DNA of 64,000 bases from Candidatus Thorarchaeota archaeon (GTDB lineage Archaea; Asgardarchaeota; Thorarchaeia; Thorarchaeales; Thorarchaeaceae), in NCBI GenBank assembly GCA_048882485.1, contig JBHLRP010000001.1, forward strand, positions 192,001-256,000, read 5' to 3'. The position numbers and the translations under genes were made by a program. Below, piece by piece: positions 38,184 to 47,174 of this stretch. The notes under the pieces were generated by a model. That model was not told where the DNA came from. It did not search any database and saw only the letters and a program-made list of their open reading frames with translations. The first letter of the stretch is position 1; every line of letters begins with the position of its first letter.

Positions 38184-40973
38184 TTGTTTCGATATGCGTT
38201 CAAGAGAGTCATCAGAGGATATCGCCTCTTCATTGCGCTTACTATCGGGGTTCTGGTTGCGACTACTTTCTTCTCTGCGATGGTGGTGGCCGCTGACGTA
38301 AACTCCCGAATTGCCCTAATGAACAGTCTTGACAACGTTGACTACGATCTGCGAGTGGAAGCGAACAATGTAACTTGGACTAACGCCGAAATGCTGGAGT
38401 TGAGGACTGAGCTGGAAAATCTACCTGAAATGAAATCTGCAGATGTTTACTCAAAATTGCGATATACCTACAACCTGACCACCAGGAATTCATACAATAT
38501 TATTGGAATGGATATTTCAAGTACTGCGTGGTCTAGTATTGAATACATCAATGGGTCAGCAACTCTAGGCATAAATGAAACCTATGTCGTTGCAAGCTCA
38601 GAAAACGCTTCCGCATTATCTCTGGGCCAGATTCTTCAAGTGCCTGTGACAGTGCAGACGACAGAGTTCCCCTATATTGAAACACTTGCACTCAATCTCA
38701 CTGTTGCTGGATTCGTTGATATTCCTGAACGTACTGCACGTCTCCTAAATCCTCCAACAACCATTAGCTTCGGCTTCATTCAGTTTCAGCTGGGTGACTG
38801 GCAGGACTACAATCTCCTTCTCGTTGATTGGGCATCCACAGTATCTCCACTTCTAGATTGGTATTCTGCTAACGAGAATGCTACAGGAATCATGATGACT
38901 ACTGGTTTTGCGTGTCAACTCGATCGTGATATTGTCATTAATCCCTATGATATCGGGAGTTCATCCTCAATAATTGACAACATTGTTTCCAGAATAGAGG
39001 ACAGAACCGCACTCTTCAACACTGATGTTACCAACCTTGTTGGTTCAACCCTCGCAGCAATTACATTACTGTCCACAATAATGATAGTTGCATTTGTGAG
39101 CCTAGCTGCTCCTATCATCTTCATGAGTTGGTATTCCTCAACCATGCTGAGTGATGTAAGCTATAATCTGCGACGTCGTGAGTTTGGACTGCTTTCAACG
39201 AAGGGATTGGGGCCCAGAACCATAAAGAGGATGCTTGTTTTTGAGGCACTGATCATAGGCTTAATCGGAGGGATTGTGGGCCTTTTTCTCGGCACAGTTT
39301 TGGGTCATCTTGTTGTAGATGTTGCTATCGATAATCTTCTGTTGGCAATGATAGGTAATCCCATGACCTCCATTTTTGTGGTTGCTTTCGCTCTTATTCT
39401 CTCATATTGGGCGATACGGGGACCTGCGAATCGTGCATCAAAGCTTGATCCTCTTGACGCCCTTAAACAGTATGTATACATTGAGGAGCAAAGAGAATAC
39501 AAAAGACTGCTGCCAACAATCGCTCTTATCCTTGGAACATACAAAATAATAGCATGGATATTGGGATTGAACATGCAGAGCCTAATCACAGGAGCGCTCT
39601 CAACGAATTTCATTCTCCTGATTCTCACCGCACTTCTATCTCCAATTGATGCTTTCCTGAATTATACGGGTCCCATACTCTTCCTCTACGGAGTCACAAA
39701 GATTCTCTTGAGGGGATCGCAGAAGTTTCAAGAAGCTATTGTTCAAGCAGGAAGCAGATTCTTTGATGCTTTTGGAAGACTGGCAACCAGGAATGTAAAA
39801 CGCAATCCTGCTAGGAACGCGGCTCTGGTGTTTGTTGTCGCACTCATTGTTTCCTATGGCATCTTCAGTGTTGGTGGGCTTTTCTCTGAAGCAGATCGTG
39901 TGTGGCGCACTGCACAATATGATGTGGGATCTGACGTGAGTGTGACATTCAATGCTGGAACTAATCTATCAGATACCCTTGATGATATATCCGGGCTTGA
40001 GGGTGTGGACGCTATAACCTTGGAGTATCATCTTACGATGAGCAGCACGAGGGGTAGCTTGGAAGTGAGAGGTATATCTCCTGAAAACTGGACTGATGCG
40101 GCATTCTACGAAACTATCTGGTTTAGTGGTCCCAGTCTTGATGAGGTTTTCTCGAATTTCACTGGAAACAAGATTTTGCTCTCAGTATCCGTCGCTAGGC
40201 AACTAGAACTAAGGATTGGAAACTATGTCACACTTCGAGGTACAAGTGCCAGCGACATTCATAGACTGGAAATCGTTGGCTTGGTTGGTTTTGTGAGCCC
40301 AATTGAGCAGTTCCTAGGCGACGTAGGTGGGCCAATTGGGCAATTCGCATTTGGAGGAACTTATCCTTCCTTCGTTCCTCGAAACTTCCTTAACTCAACC
40401 GGTCTTGTCGAATATGCAGAAGGTCATGTCTTAATCAAGACGGAAGATAACATAAATGGAACAATCCTCGAGGAGGAAATCTTCGCAAGCTTTGAAGATG
40501 TCAAGAATACTGATTCAGTGACATCGAACTTGAAAGCCCTTGAAGAGAATACTTTCCAGGCAGGAGGTACTAGGGCTCGATGGGTTGGTATCGCTTTTGC
40601 TGTAGTGCTCGCGATAGTGGGCACGGCATTAGTTGTGGGATTGACACTTAGAGAGAAGGAATACGAAACAACACTGCTCAGGGTTCGTGGATTCACTCGC
40701 GGGCAAGTGTTGAAGGTCCTAATTGCTGAGATTATGGTGATGATTATGTTCTCGCTCATTCTGGGTGTGGGAACGGGCCTAATCCAGCTGTTCGGAGACC
40801 TATCGAACCAAAGTCAGAATCTGCAGGCGCTAGTCCGACCGGTTGTGATTCTATCAGGTCCTGCCCTGTTAGGAATGATAGGGATGGTCGCTGCTGTTCT
40901 GGCTGCAGCTCTGATTCCAATTGGATTGACATCTAGGTTTACAGAAGGAAAGGTTGACATACTCAGGGAATAG
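38184..40973 (+). CDS. ABC transporter permease, FtsX/MacB family (two FtsX domains)
   Basis: RRREFGLLSTKGL and REKEYETTLLRVRGFTRGQV FtsX motifs; large extracellular loops. Confidence 0.9.
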   Translation: MFRYAFKRVIRGYRLFIALTIGVLVATTFFSAMVVAADVNSRIALMNSLDNVDYDLRVEANNVTWTNAEMLELRTELENLPEMKSADVYSKLRYTYNLTTRNSYNIIGMDISSTAWSSIEYINGSATLGINETYVVASSENASALSLGQILQVPVTVQTTEFPYIETLALNLTVAGFVDIPERTARLLNPPTTISFGFIQFQLGDWQDYNLLLVDWASTVSPLLDWYSANENATGIMMTTGFACQLDRDIVINPYDIGSSSSIIDNIVSRIEDRTALFNTDVTNLVGSTLAAITLLSTIMIVAFVSLAAPIIFMSWYSSTMLSDVSYNLRRREFGLLSTKGLGPRTIKRMLVFEALIIGLIGGIVGLFLGTVLGHLVVDVAIDNLLLAMIGNPMTSIFVVAFALILSYWAIRGPANRASKLDPLDALKQYVYIEEQREYKRLLPTIALILGTYKIIAWILGLNMQSLITGALSTNFILLILTALLSPIDAFLNYTGPILFLYGVTKILLRGSQKFQEAIVQAGSRFFDAFGRLATRNVKRNPARNAALVFVVALIVSYGIFSVGGLFSEADRVWRTAQYDVGSDVSVTFNAGTNLSDTLDDISGLEGVDAITLEYHLTMSSTRGSLEVRGISPENWTDAAFYETIWFSGPSLDEVFSNFTGNKILLSVSVARQLELRIGNYVTLRGTSASDIHRLEIVGLVGFVSPIEQFLGDVGGPIGQFAFGGTYPSFVPRNFLNSTGLVEYAEGHVLIKTEDNINGTILEEEIFASFEDVKNTDSVTSNLKALEENTFQAGGTRARWVGIAFAVVLAIVGTALVVGLTLREKEYETTLLRVRGFTRGQVLKVLIAEIMVMIMFSLILGVGTGLIQLFGDLSNQSQNLQALVRPVVILSGPALLGMIGMVAAVLAAALIPIGLTSRFTEGKVDILRE

Positions 40974-40975
40974 AG

Positions 40976-41878
40976 GTGGTAACTTTGGAAGGTGCAAGAA
41001 GCTACATAGAAACGAATGATTTGGTCAAAGTATATAGAATTGGAGATGTTGAAGTACAGGCGCTCCGTGGCCTTTCTATGAAAGTCGATCAGGGAGAGAT
41101 AATATCTATCATTGGCCCTAGTGGATCAGGCAAAACCACATTGCTCAACATCATTGGTGGGCTGACATATGCAACTGCTGGGAAGAGCTATGTCGCTGGA
41201 AATGATATCTCATCCTCAACTCCTGCTCAACTCGGTCATCTGCGACAGAGAACTGTTGGCCATATATTCCAGACGCTCAACCTTATTCCCACCTTGACGG
41301 CGTATGAGAACGTCGAGCTCCCTATGCTGGCAATTGGTGCTCCCAAGGCTGCGCGAAAGAAAAGAGTGACAGAGCTGCTGAATCAAGTCGGTCTGGGCCT
41401 TAGGATTAACCATAAACCTGACGAGTTGAGTGGAGGCGAGAAGCAGCGGGTTGCCATCGCGGCAGCTCTGGCCAACGATCCTCCAATCCTGATTGCTGAC
41501 GAACCAACAGGCGACCTCGATACTGAAACTGGAGCTAAGATTGTGGAATTCTTGCTATCTGTCAATACGGAAATGGGCAAGACAGTCCTTATTGTCACAC
41601 ACGACCCCCAAATAGCTAGACAGACTGACAGGATCTATAGGATCATGGATGGTCGAATCATATCTGTACAAACTCCTGGTGAGGCAGAAGAAGCAACCGT
41701 TGAGATCAAGATTCAGATGTATCGTGATAGACTCCGCGAAACCAATGAAGAGATCATTCAACTCCAAAAGGTGTATGAAGAACGGAGAGTCACTCCCGGG
41801 ACATTTGCTGAAAGATGGACAAATCTCCATCTTACAAAAGAGTTCCTTGAACGTGAATTGAATCGGATGGGTCTCTAG
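40976..41878 (+). CDS. ABC transporter ATP-binding protein (LolD/SalX type) with a C-terminal helical extension
   Basis: GPSGSGKTT, LSGGEKQR, IADEPTGDLD, VTHD; extra ~65 aa at the C-terminus. Confidence 0.95.
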   Translation: MVTLEGARSYIETNDLVKVYRIGDVEVQALRGLSMKVDQGEIISIIGPSGSGKTTLLNIIGGLTYATAGKSYVAGNDISSSTPAQLGHLRQRTVGHIFQTLNLIPTLTAYENVELPMLAIGAPKAARKKRVTELLNQVGLGLRINHKPDELSGGEKQRVAIAAALANDPPILIADEPTGDLDTETGAKIVEFLLSVNTEMGKTVLIVTHDPQIARQTDRIYRIMDGRIISVQTPGEAEEATVEIKIQMYRDRLRETNEEIIQLQKVYEERRVTPGTFAERWTNLHLTKEFLERELNRMGL

Positions 41879-41932
41879 CATTCTCGATACTTTTTTGTGA
41901 CTGTCTCATGCTCGAGAAGTTAGGTTCTAAAT

Positions 41933-42817
41933 TTGCCATTGCCCGTAATTGTTGTTCATGGAGGCGCAACCAAGTTCAAAGAGGAGCACATTCCAGCAAT
42001 CATCCACGCTGTAGAGTATGCTGCTGAGAATGGCATGTGGCTTCTAGAAAAGGGCGCCTCTGCAGTCGCTGCTGCTGAAACAGCGATTTGGACATTGGAA
42101 GAAACCGACCTTTTCACAGCTGGTAGAGGAGCTAGGCCAAATCGCGACGGCTATGTAGAGCTACATGCCATGATAATGGATGGTAGCAAGCTGGAGAGCG
42201 GCGCGGTGATTGCTGTGCAAGATGTTGTTCATCCAATCAGTCTTGCGAGGTATGTTCTTGAAAGAACTCCAAATTACCAAGTCACAGGTGATGGAGCAAG
42301 GAAGCTTTACTCTGAGATGATTGAAACTGGTTATCGGCAAGAGGCTGCTCCGGGAGAAACGAAGAACATGCCTATGGGTGAGGGAGAAGGTCATGATACT
42401 GTTGGCTGCGTTGTGGTCGATTCTCATGGACGCATCGCATCAGCTTCTTCAACCAGTGGTTGGCCTGGTCAATTTCCCGGAAGAGTCGGGGACTCTCCTA
42501 TCATTGGAGCTGGAGTATATGCCAATGAAGTAGCAGCAGCAAGCTGTACTGGCAAGGGCGAACAGATTTTGAGAATCGTGATGGCTCGAATGGCCGTTCT
42601 TTACGTTGAGGGCGGACTAGATGTCCAGGAGGCATCTGCCAAGGTCATGCGGCTCCTGAAGGAAAAGACAAGCGGCGAAGCCGGATTGATAATGGTTGAT
42701 AGGGACGGAAACGTTGGCCTCGGGTTTGACACACCCCACATGCCTGTCGCCGTTTCCCACCCCGGTAAAAACACCTATTCCTCTATGACTCCCAAATGGC
42801 CTCCTGACCTTGGCTAG
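41933..42817 (+). CDS. iaaA: Isoaspartyl peptidase / L-asparaginase (Ntn hydrolase)
   Basis: VVHGGA, HDTVG (nucleophile Thr), STSG, GRVGDSPIIGAG, CTGKGE. Confidence 0.9.
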   Translation: MPLPVIVVHGGATKFKEEHIPAIIHAVEYAAENGMWLLEKGASAVAAAETAIWTLEETDLFTAGRGARPNRDGYVELHAMIMDGSKLESGAVIAVQDVVHPISLARYVLERTPNYQVTGDGARKLYSEMIETGYRQEAAPGETKNMPMGEGEGHDTVGCVVVDSHGRIASASSTSGWPGQFPGRVGDSPIIGAGVYANEVAAASCTGKGEQILRIVMARMAVLYVEGGLDVQEASAKVMRLLKEKTSGEAGLIMVDRDGNVGLGFDTPHMPVAVSHPGKNTYSSMTPKWPPDLG

Positions 42818-42833
42818 CATATAGATGTCTAAT

Positions 42834-43244
42834 TCATTTTCCACTACTCAGCAGACCAATTCTATAAAGCAAGAACAATGTCACCACAGCTAGGAAGAAA
42901 TCAAACGCTGTTGAGATGACCAATGCGCCACCCATTGTTGGGGAATCCAGCATCTGCAAGTAGGTGATAATTGGCAGAACCAACCTGACACAGCTTGCTG
43001 CTATCGGAATGGCGACATATCTTGCAATATCTCTTGAGGCATGTATCTGTAGGCTGCCAAGAGCAATAGCTAGCAATCCCATCGTTCGCCAATAGAGTGG
43101 AAAAACTGGGATGGGGTATCCGCCTGAAATTGAGATCACTATGTCACCAGCGAGGAAAATCACAGCGCCCATTGCTAGTTCGAATATGCCCCCGACAAGG
43201 ATTACTACATAGAGCGCTCTTTGAGTGCGATTATGTATTTTCAA
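42834..43244 (-). CDS. Small membrane protein (4 TM), hypothetical
   Basis: Four hydrophobic segments in 136 aa. Confidence 0.7.
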   Translation of the reverse strand: MKIHNRTQRALYVVILVGGIFELAMGAVIFLAGDIVISISGGYPIPVFPLYWRTMGLLAIALGSLQIHASRDIARYVAIPIAASCVRLVLPIITYLQMLDSPTMGGALVISTAFDFFLAVVTLFLLYRIGLLSSGK

Positions 43245-43370
43245 CCTTCAAACCACAGAATGAAGTATGGTGCCAGCCTCGACATAAGCGTTGCTCCGGA
43301 TTGAGTTCCGCCTATCTTTTGAAGCGGCACCATTGGGCGAACCAAGGTTGGAAGTTGGTTCAGCGTAATC

Positions 43371-44126
43371 CTACATGACGGCTTTTATCTCGCCTTTTAC
43401 TCCAATCACATAGGTTCTAAATGGAATCTCTTTACCAGAGTTGTGAATGGCCTCCTGTGTGATCCTAGCCAGTCCAAAGCAGCATGGTACTTCCATGTGT
43501 ACAAGAGCGACATCCTTGATGTTGTGGTTCTGAAAGATAGCGCTGAGTTTCTGGAGGTTCGCCTCGTAGTCCTCAAATTTGGGACAGACCATAATAGCAG
43601 CGCGATCCTTGATGAAGTCCTGATGTAAACCAGCATAAGCAGGACCAGTACAATCCGCTAATATCGCAATTCTTGAGTCCTGGAACACTGGGTGTTGAGG
43701 GCTCAATAGTTTCAGCTTCACAGGCCATTGGTTAAGCTGGGAAGGTTTGACTTTCTCTGGCACAGTGTTGTTATGAATAGATTCTGCGTGGTCCGCAGCG
43801 TAGGTGAATGCTTCTGAGCCCGCACACCCAACATCGCCCCCGCCACCGTGAGTTGCGGCAGCAGCCACAGCTGGCTGCCCTTTGATCTTGGCAACATATG
43901 CCATAGCCGCCTCTTCATCAAACTCCACTGTATCGATTTCCCTTAGTGTTAGTGCTCCCTCGGGGCAGTGTCCGAGGCATGCGCCTAATCCGTCACAATA
44001 ACTCTCGGAGACAACCTTAGCCTTCCCATCAATTATTTCGAGCGCCCCCTCAGCGCAATTCGGGACGCATAGGCCGCATCCAGTGCACTTGTCCTCGTCA
44101 ATCATGATCATTAATCGTCTAACCAT
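43371..44126 (-). CDS. 4Fe-4S ferredoxin-domain protein with a C-terminal Cys domain
   Basis: CTGCGLCVPNCAEG, CDGLGACLGHCP, QWPVKL, ADC, CPK, MEVPCC. Confidence 0.9.
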   Translation of the reverse strand: MVRRLMIMIDEDKCTGCGLCVPNCAEGALEIIDGKAKVVSESYCDGLGACLGHCPEGALTLREIDTVEFDEEAAMAYVAKIKGQPAVAAAATHGGGGDVGCAGSEAFTYAADHAESIHNNTVPEKVKPSQLNQWPVKLKLLSPQHPVFQDSRIAILADCTGPAYAGLHQDFIKDRAAIMVCPKFEDYEANLQKLSAIFQNHNIKDVALVHMEVPCCFGLARITQEAIHNSGKEIPFRTYVIGVKGEIKAVM

Positions 44127-44173
44127 TGTCAGCCACAGAGAGTTTCCTGTCCCAAACTTATATAAAGGTAGTA

Positions 44174-44202
44174 GTTACCGTATAGTAAGTAACAAAAAGT
44201 AA
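44174..44202. promoter_or_regulatory. Putative operator in the divergent ferredoxin / HxlR promoter region
   Basis: TTAC-N6-GTAA inverted repeat (44175-44188) followed by GTAAC-AAAAA-GTAA, next to TATA TTATATAAAG (44158-44167). Confidence 0.5.
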
Positions 44203-44219
44203 TTGACTATCAGCTTGAG

Positions 44220-44645
44220 GTGATTGAGATCGAAGCAAGAAGTAAGGAAGCCGTGATGTCCTGTCCAGTATTTATCGCGTCAAACATCTTGGGGAAGCGT
44301 TGGACAATTCTAATTCTTCAAGCATTAATGACAACATCAGCCATGAACGGACTTAGATTCAATGAGATACACAAGACCTTGGATTGGATTAGTGCCAAAG
44401 TCCTCTCAGGCAGGCTAAAGGAGCTTGTGGAAGAGGGGCTCGTTACACGAGAAGTTAATCCAGAGGTCACTCCGCCAAGTGTCACCTATACACTCACCAG
44501 CAAGGGAGAGGATCTCAGGGGTGTGCTGACCCAGATGCAAGAATGGGGGAAGAAGCATGGTGGCTCCAAAGCTGCAGATTGTTTTGGGCCTGGATTTGAG
44601 AACTGTGACGGATGCAAAAAGAAGGACGTGAATATCCCCACATAA
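44220..44645 (+). CDS. HxlR/HypR-family winged-helix transcriptional regulator
   Basis: SCPV (N-terminal Cys), GKRWTILIL, RFNEI, ISAKVLSGRLKEL, PPSVTYTLT. Confidence 0.9.
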   Translation: MIEIEARSKEAVMSCPVFIASNILGKRWTILILQALMTTSAMNGLRFNEIHKTLDWISAKVLSGRLKELVEEGLVTREVNPEVTPPSVTYTLTSKGEDLRGVLTQMQEWGKKHGGSKAADCFGPGFENCDGCKKKDVNIPT

Positions 44646-44664
44646 TGTTAGGCAATTGTGTAGC

Positions 44665-45135
44665 TCAGTTGCTTGATTCTATTATCCAAATTAGCTCCTC
44701 TTCGACAGTAGACGTGTTCTTCGGACGAGTCTTTATCCTACCAACTTCTTCTCCTGACTTTCTGAAGACCACGATTGTAGGGCTGCTTCTGATATCGAAT
44801 GTTTCTACTTCCACAGGGCTTGGGGGGACTGCCCAGAACGACTTTGAGCCATACGGAGGCTTAGTCATGCCACCTAGTGCAGTTATCTTGATGTTTAGTT
44901 CCTGCTCCAAGAGTGATAGGACTGGCACAGCCTTTCTCGAGTCACCGCACCAATCTGCAAAGAAGACAATGAATTGGTAGTCATCCTTGAATGTCTTGAG
45001 GATATCCACTGCTTCCTTGTTCAGCTCGTAGGCGTTTCGTCTTCGAACGAACCCTCCCTTTTGGGAGGCACTCATCTGATCAATGTAATCTGTGACACTC
45101 ATATAATCTTGAGATACATCATTGTGTGTGGGCAT
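44665..45135 (-). CDS. Thioredoxin-family protein (WCGDS type)
   Basis: ADWCGDS active site; SPTIVVF cis-Pro region. Confidence 0.85.
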   Translation of the reverse strand: MPTHNDVSQDYMSVTDYIDQMSASQKGGFVRRRNAYELNKEAVDILKTFKDDYQFIVFFADWCGDSRKAVPVLSLLEQELNIKITALGGMTKPPYGSKSFWAVPPSPVEVETFDIRSSPTIVVFRKSGEEVGRIKTRPKNTSTVEEELIWIIESSN

Positions 45136-45238
45136 TCATTATCACCTACAGACTCCCAGCTGAGGCTTGACTATAGACAAGCTGCCTCATCATTGTGTCC
45201 GTTTTATATTATCGGTATGTACTTTGGAAAGAGAGGCC

Positions 45239-45721
45239 CTAGGTGGTCTCACAGACGACATCTGTTCCTTTCTCACCCTTTCTAGCCTGAAGAGGAGCTT
45301 GCTTGATCAACTTCACAAGCTCTACAATCTCTCCATATCGACGTTCCTCTTCTTCCTTCAGCTTCTCAAGCAGAAATGCGGCCAGGGGATCATTCACAAG
45401 GTCAAGTGCATCACTTGCTAGCTTGATCATGTCATTCTCATCGTTAAGGAGTTCCACGACGTTCCTCTCAAGCATCACCCTGCCTGCGTATCTACCAACT
45501 TTGGCAGACCATTCGTCGCAAGGAGTTGTAGTTAGCATCTCGACCATTCCCTCAAGGAACTTCTGATGTTTCCATGTGTCAAGGCGCATATTCATCAGGG
45601 CAAGACGCACAGCGGTTTCTCTGGCCTCGTTCTCTGCCTCAGCCAGCGTAATCAGGTTTCGCTTCTCAACCCCGATCTGTCGTTTCAATAGGTCGATTAG
45701 CTTCTCATCTGTATCAGTCAT
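45239..45721 (-). CDS. Ferritin-like / rubrerythrin-domain protein
   Basis: Four-helix-bundle pattern with E...DTWKH and E...EEERR. Start set at MTDTDEK. Confidence 0.7.
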   Translation of the reverse strand: MTDTDEKLIDLLKRQIGVEKRNLITLAEAENEARETAVRLALMNMRLDTWKHQKFLEGMVEMLTTTPCDEWSAKVGRYAGRVMLERNVVELLNDENDMIKLASDALDLVNDPLAAFLLEKLKEEEERRYGEIVELVKLIKQAPLQARKGEKGTDVVCETT

Positions 45722-45808
45722 TACAACTCCCTTACATGATGTAGCTAACAATTGTTAATATTAGCTATATTTAACCCTTTGCACGCTGGCCCTTCGCTCA
45801 TTGCCAAG

Positions 45809-45836
45809 TGTTCAACGGATTGAACAGAGTGTTCAA
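45809..45836. promoter_or_regulatory. Triple TGTTCAA/TTGAACA inverted-repeat operator
   Basis: TGTTCAA-cgga-TTGAACA-gag-TGTTCAA, upstream of the 45870 gene. Confidence 0.6.
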
Positions 45837-45869
45837 TGCGTAGCATATTATCAAAACTCGTTCTAGCAT

Positions 45870-46655
45870 TTGGTGAGTGAAAAGACTATGAGAAAGTACG
45901 ATTCCAGTCTTGGACAATCCATGCTTGCACCAATCTTAGTAGCGGTAATAATTGTAGCAGGATTTGCCGCTGCGATGTTCTGGTTCCCAGGGGGAATTGG
46001 GCCAACTACAACTACTACGACTGATACGACCACTACCACAACTGATACGACCACTACCACAACAACAACGGGCGGGGGAGGGGGTTACGGCCGCCTCGCA
46101 GCAGACTATCTAAACAGTCGCAGAGAGGATGTCAACTTCTTCTGGATCTACAATTGCACGTTGGTGAATGAGGATCTATCACTATATTACGATGGGCAGC
46201 AACCCAACGCTTTCGTAGATGGAGTCTTCATGTGGAGGAACGACACCGATTTCTGCATGATTGAAGTCTTCTTCTCTCCATATTCAAGCGATATAGTTGG
46301 CCGTGGAGAGATCATTCCAGACCAGTGGTTTGCGCTGAGCGGCTCACTCATTGACAACGGTCTTGGAAGGATGTCCGATGCAACTAGCTATCCATCCGAT
46401 TTTCCAAACACGTGGCCAGTTGAGTTGTATATGATGATATTCTTTGATGACAACTCAGTCTTCCGCCTTGGTTATACTAGCAGCGATGGTTTGGTAAATA
46501 TCCAAAATGGTACCTGGAGTGGAGATTGGGATGATAATGGGGTACCGGTTACGTCGAATTGGCAGCCAGGGTACTGGCTCAATGAAGATGGATATCTCGT
46601 AACCCCGATTAATGACTTCTACACAACCATTACGGGTGCAGTAGATTACCCATAG
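45870..46655 (+). CDS. N-terminally anchored extracellular protein with a Thr-rich linker
   Basis: TM segment, then poly-Thr / GGGGG linker and a Trp/Asp-rich domain; start could be 45888. Confidence 0.8.
   Translation: MVSEKTMRKYDSSLGQSMLAPILVAVIIVAGFAAAMFWFPGGIGPTTTTTTDTTTTTTDTTTTTTTTGGGGGYGRLAADYLNSRREDVNFFWIYNCTLVNEDLSLYYDGQQPNAFVDGVFMWRNDTDFCMIEVFFSPYSSDIVGRGEIIPDQWFALSGSLIDNGLGRMSDATSYPSDFPNTWPVELYMMIFFDDNSVFRLGYTSSDGLVNIQNGTWSGDWDDNGVPVTSNWQPGYWLNEDGYLVTPINDFYTTITGAVDYP
46020..46061 (+). repeat. Perfect 21-bp tandem duplication in the Thr linker
   Basis: ACTGATACGACCACTACCACA twice. Confidence 0.9.
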
Positions 46656-46684
46656 CTACCACGCAGAACGATAATTAGAATAGC

Positions 46685-46705
46685 GGGGGGGTTCTTTTTC
46701 CCCCC
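46685..46705. terminator. G7/C6 hairpin with a T-rich loop (possible terminator or attenuator)
   Basis: GGGGGGG-TTCTTTTT-CCCCCC between the 46655 stop and the 46728 start. Confidence 0.35.
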
Positions 46706-46727
46706 ATCATCTTGTCGAGGAAATGTA

Positions 46728-47174
46728 ATGAGACACGAGGTGGAAGACAAGGATATCGAGGAGCTTCTGAAAGGAAGAACCATGTCTGTCTATTCTCTCT
46801 TGCTCACCCGTGACCAGATGGGAGTCCGTGAGATTCAGAGGGAGCTTGGTTTTTCAAGTCCGAGCCTGTCAAAACACCATCTTCAGAAACTGGAGGCTGC
46901 TGGCCTTGTTTCGAAGAATGCTCATGGAGAATATTCTGTCGCTAGAACCGTTCGCGTTGGTTCACTAACATTGTTTGTGAGGATTGGAAAGCGATTTCTT
47001 CCAAGATTTGCCTTCTTGGCAACTCTATTCTCAGGAATGATTGTAGTCTATCTTGCATTCTTTTGTGAATGGCCGCCTCGTGGAGAGGACCTGATGTTCA
47101 TCACAATGGGCCTCATTGCAGTTGTGATGTCTCTCTATGAAGGCTACCGATTGCTGATGTTGAAGCCAGCCTAG
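46728..47174 (+). CDS. Membrane-anchored winged-HTH (ArsR-like) regulator
   Basis: MGVREIQRELGFSSPSLSKHHLQKLEAAGLV HTH followed by two TM helices. Confidence 0.85.
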   Translation: MRHEVEDKDIEELLKGRTMSVYSLLLTRDQMGVREIQRELGFSSPSLSKHHLQKLEAAGLVSKNAHGEYSVARTVRVGSLTLFVRIGKRFLPRFAFLATLFSGMIVVYLAFFCEWPPRGEDLMFITMGLIAVVMSLYEGYRLLMLKPA

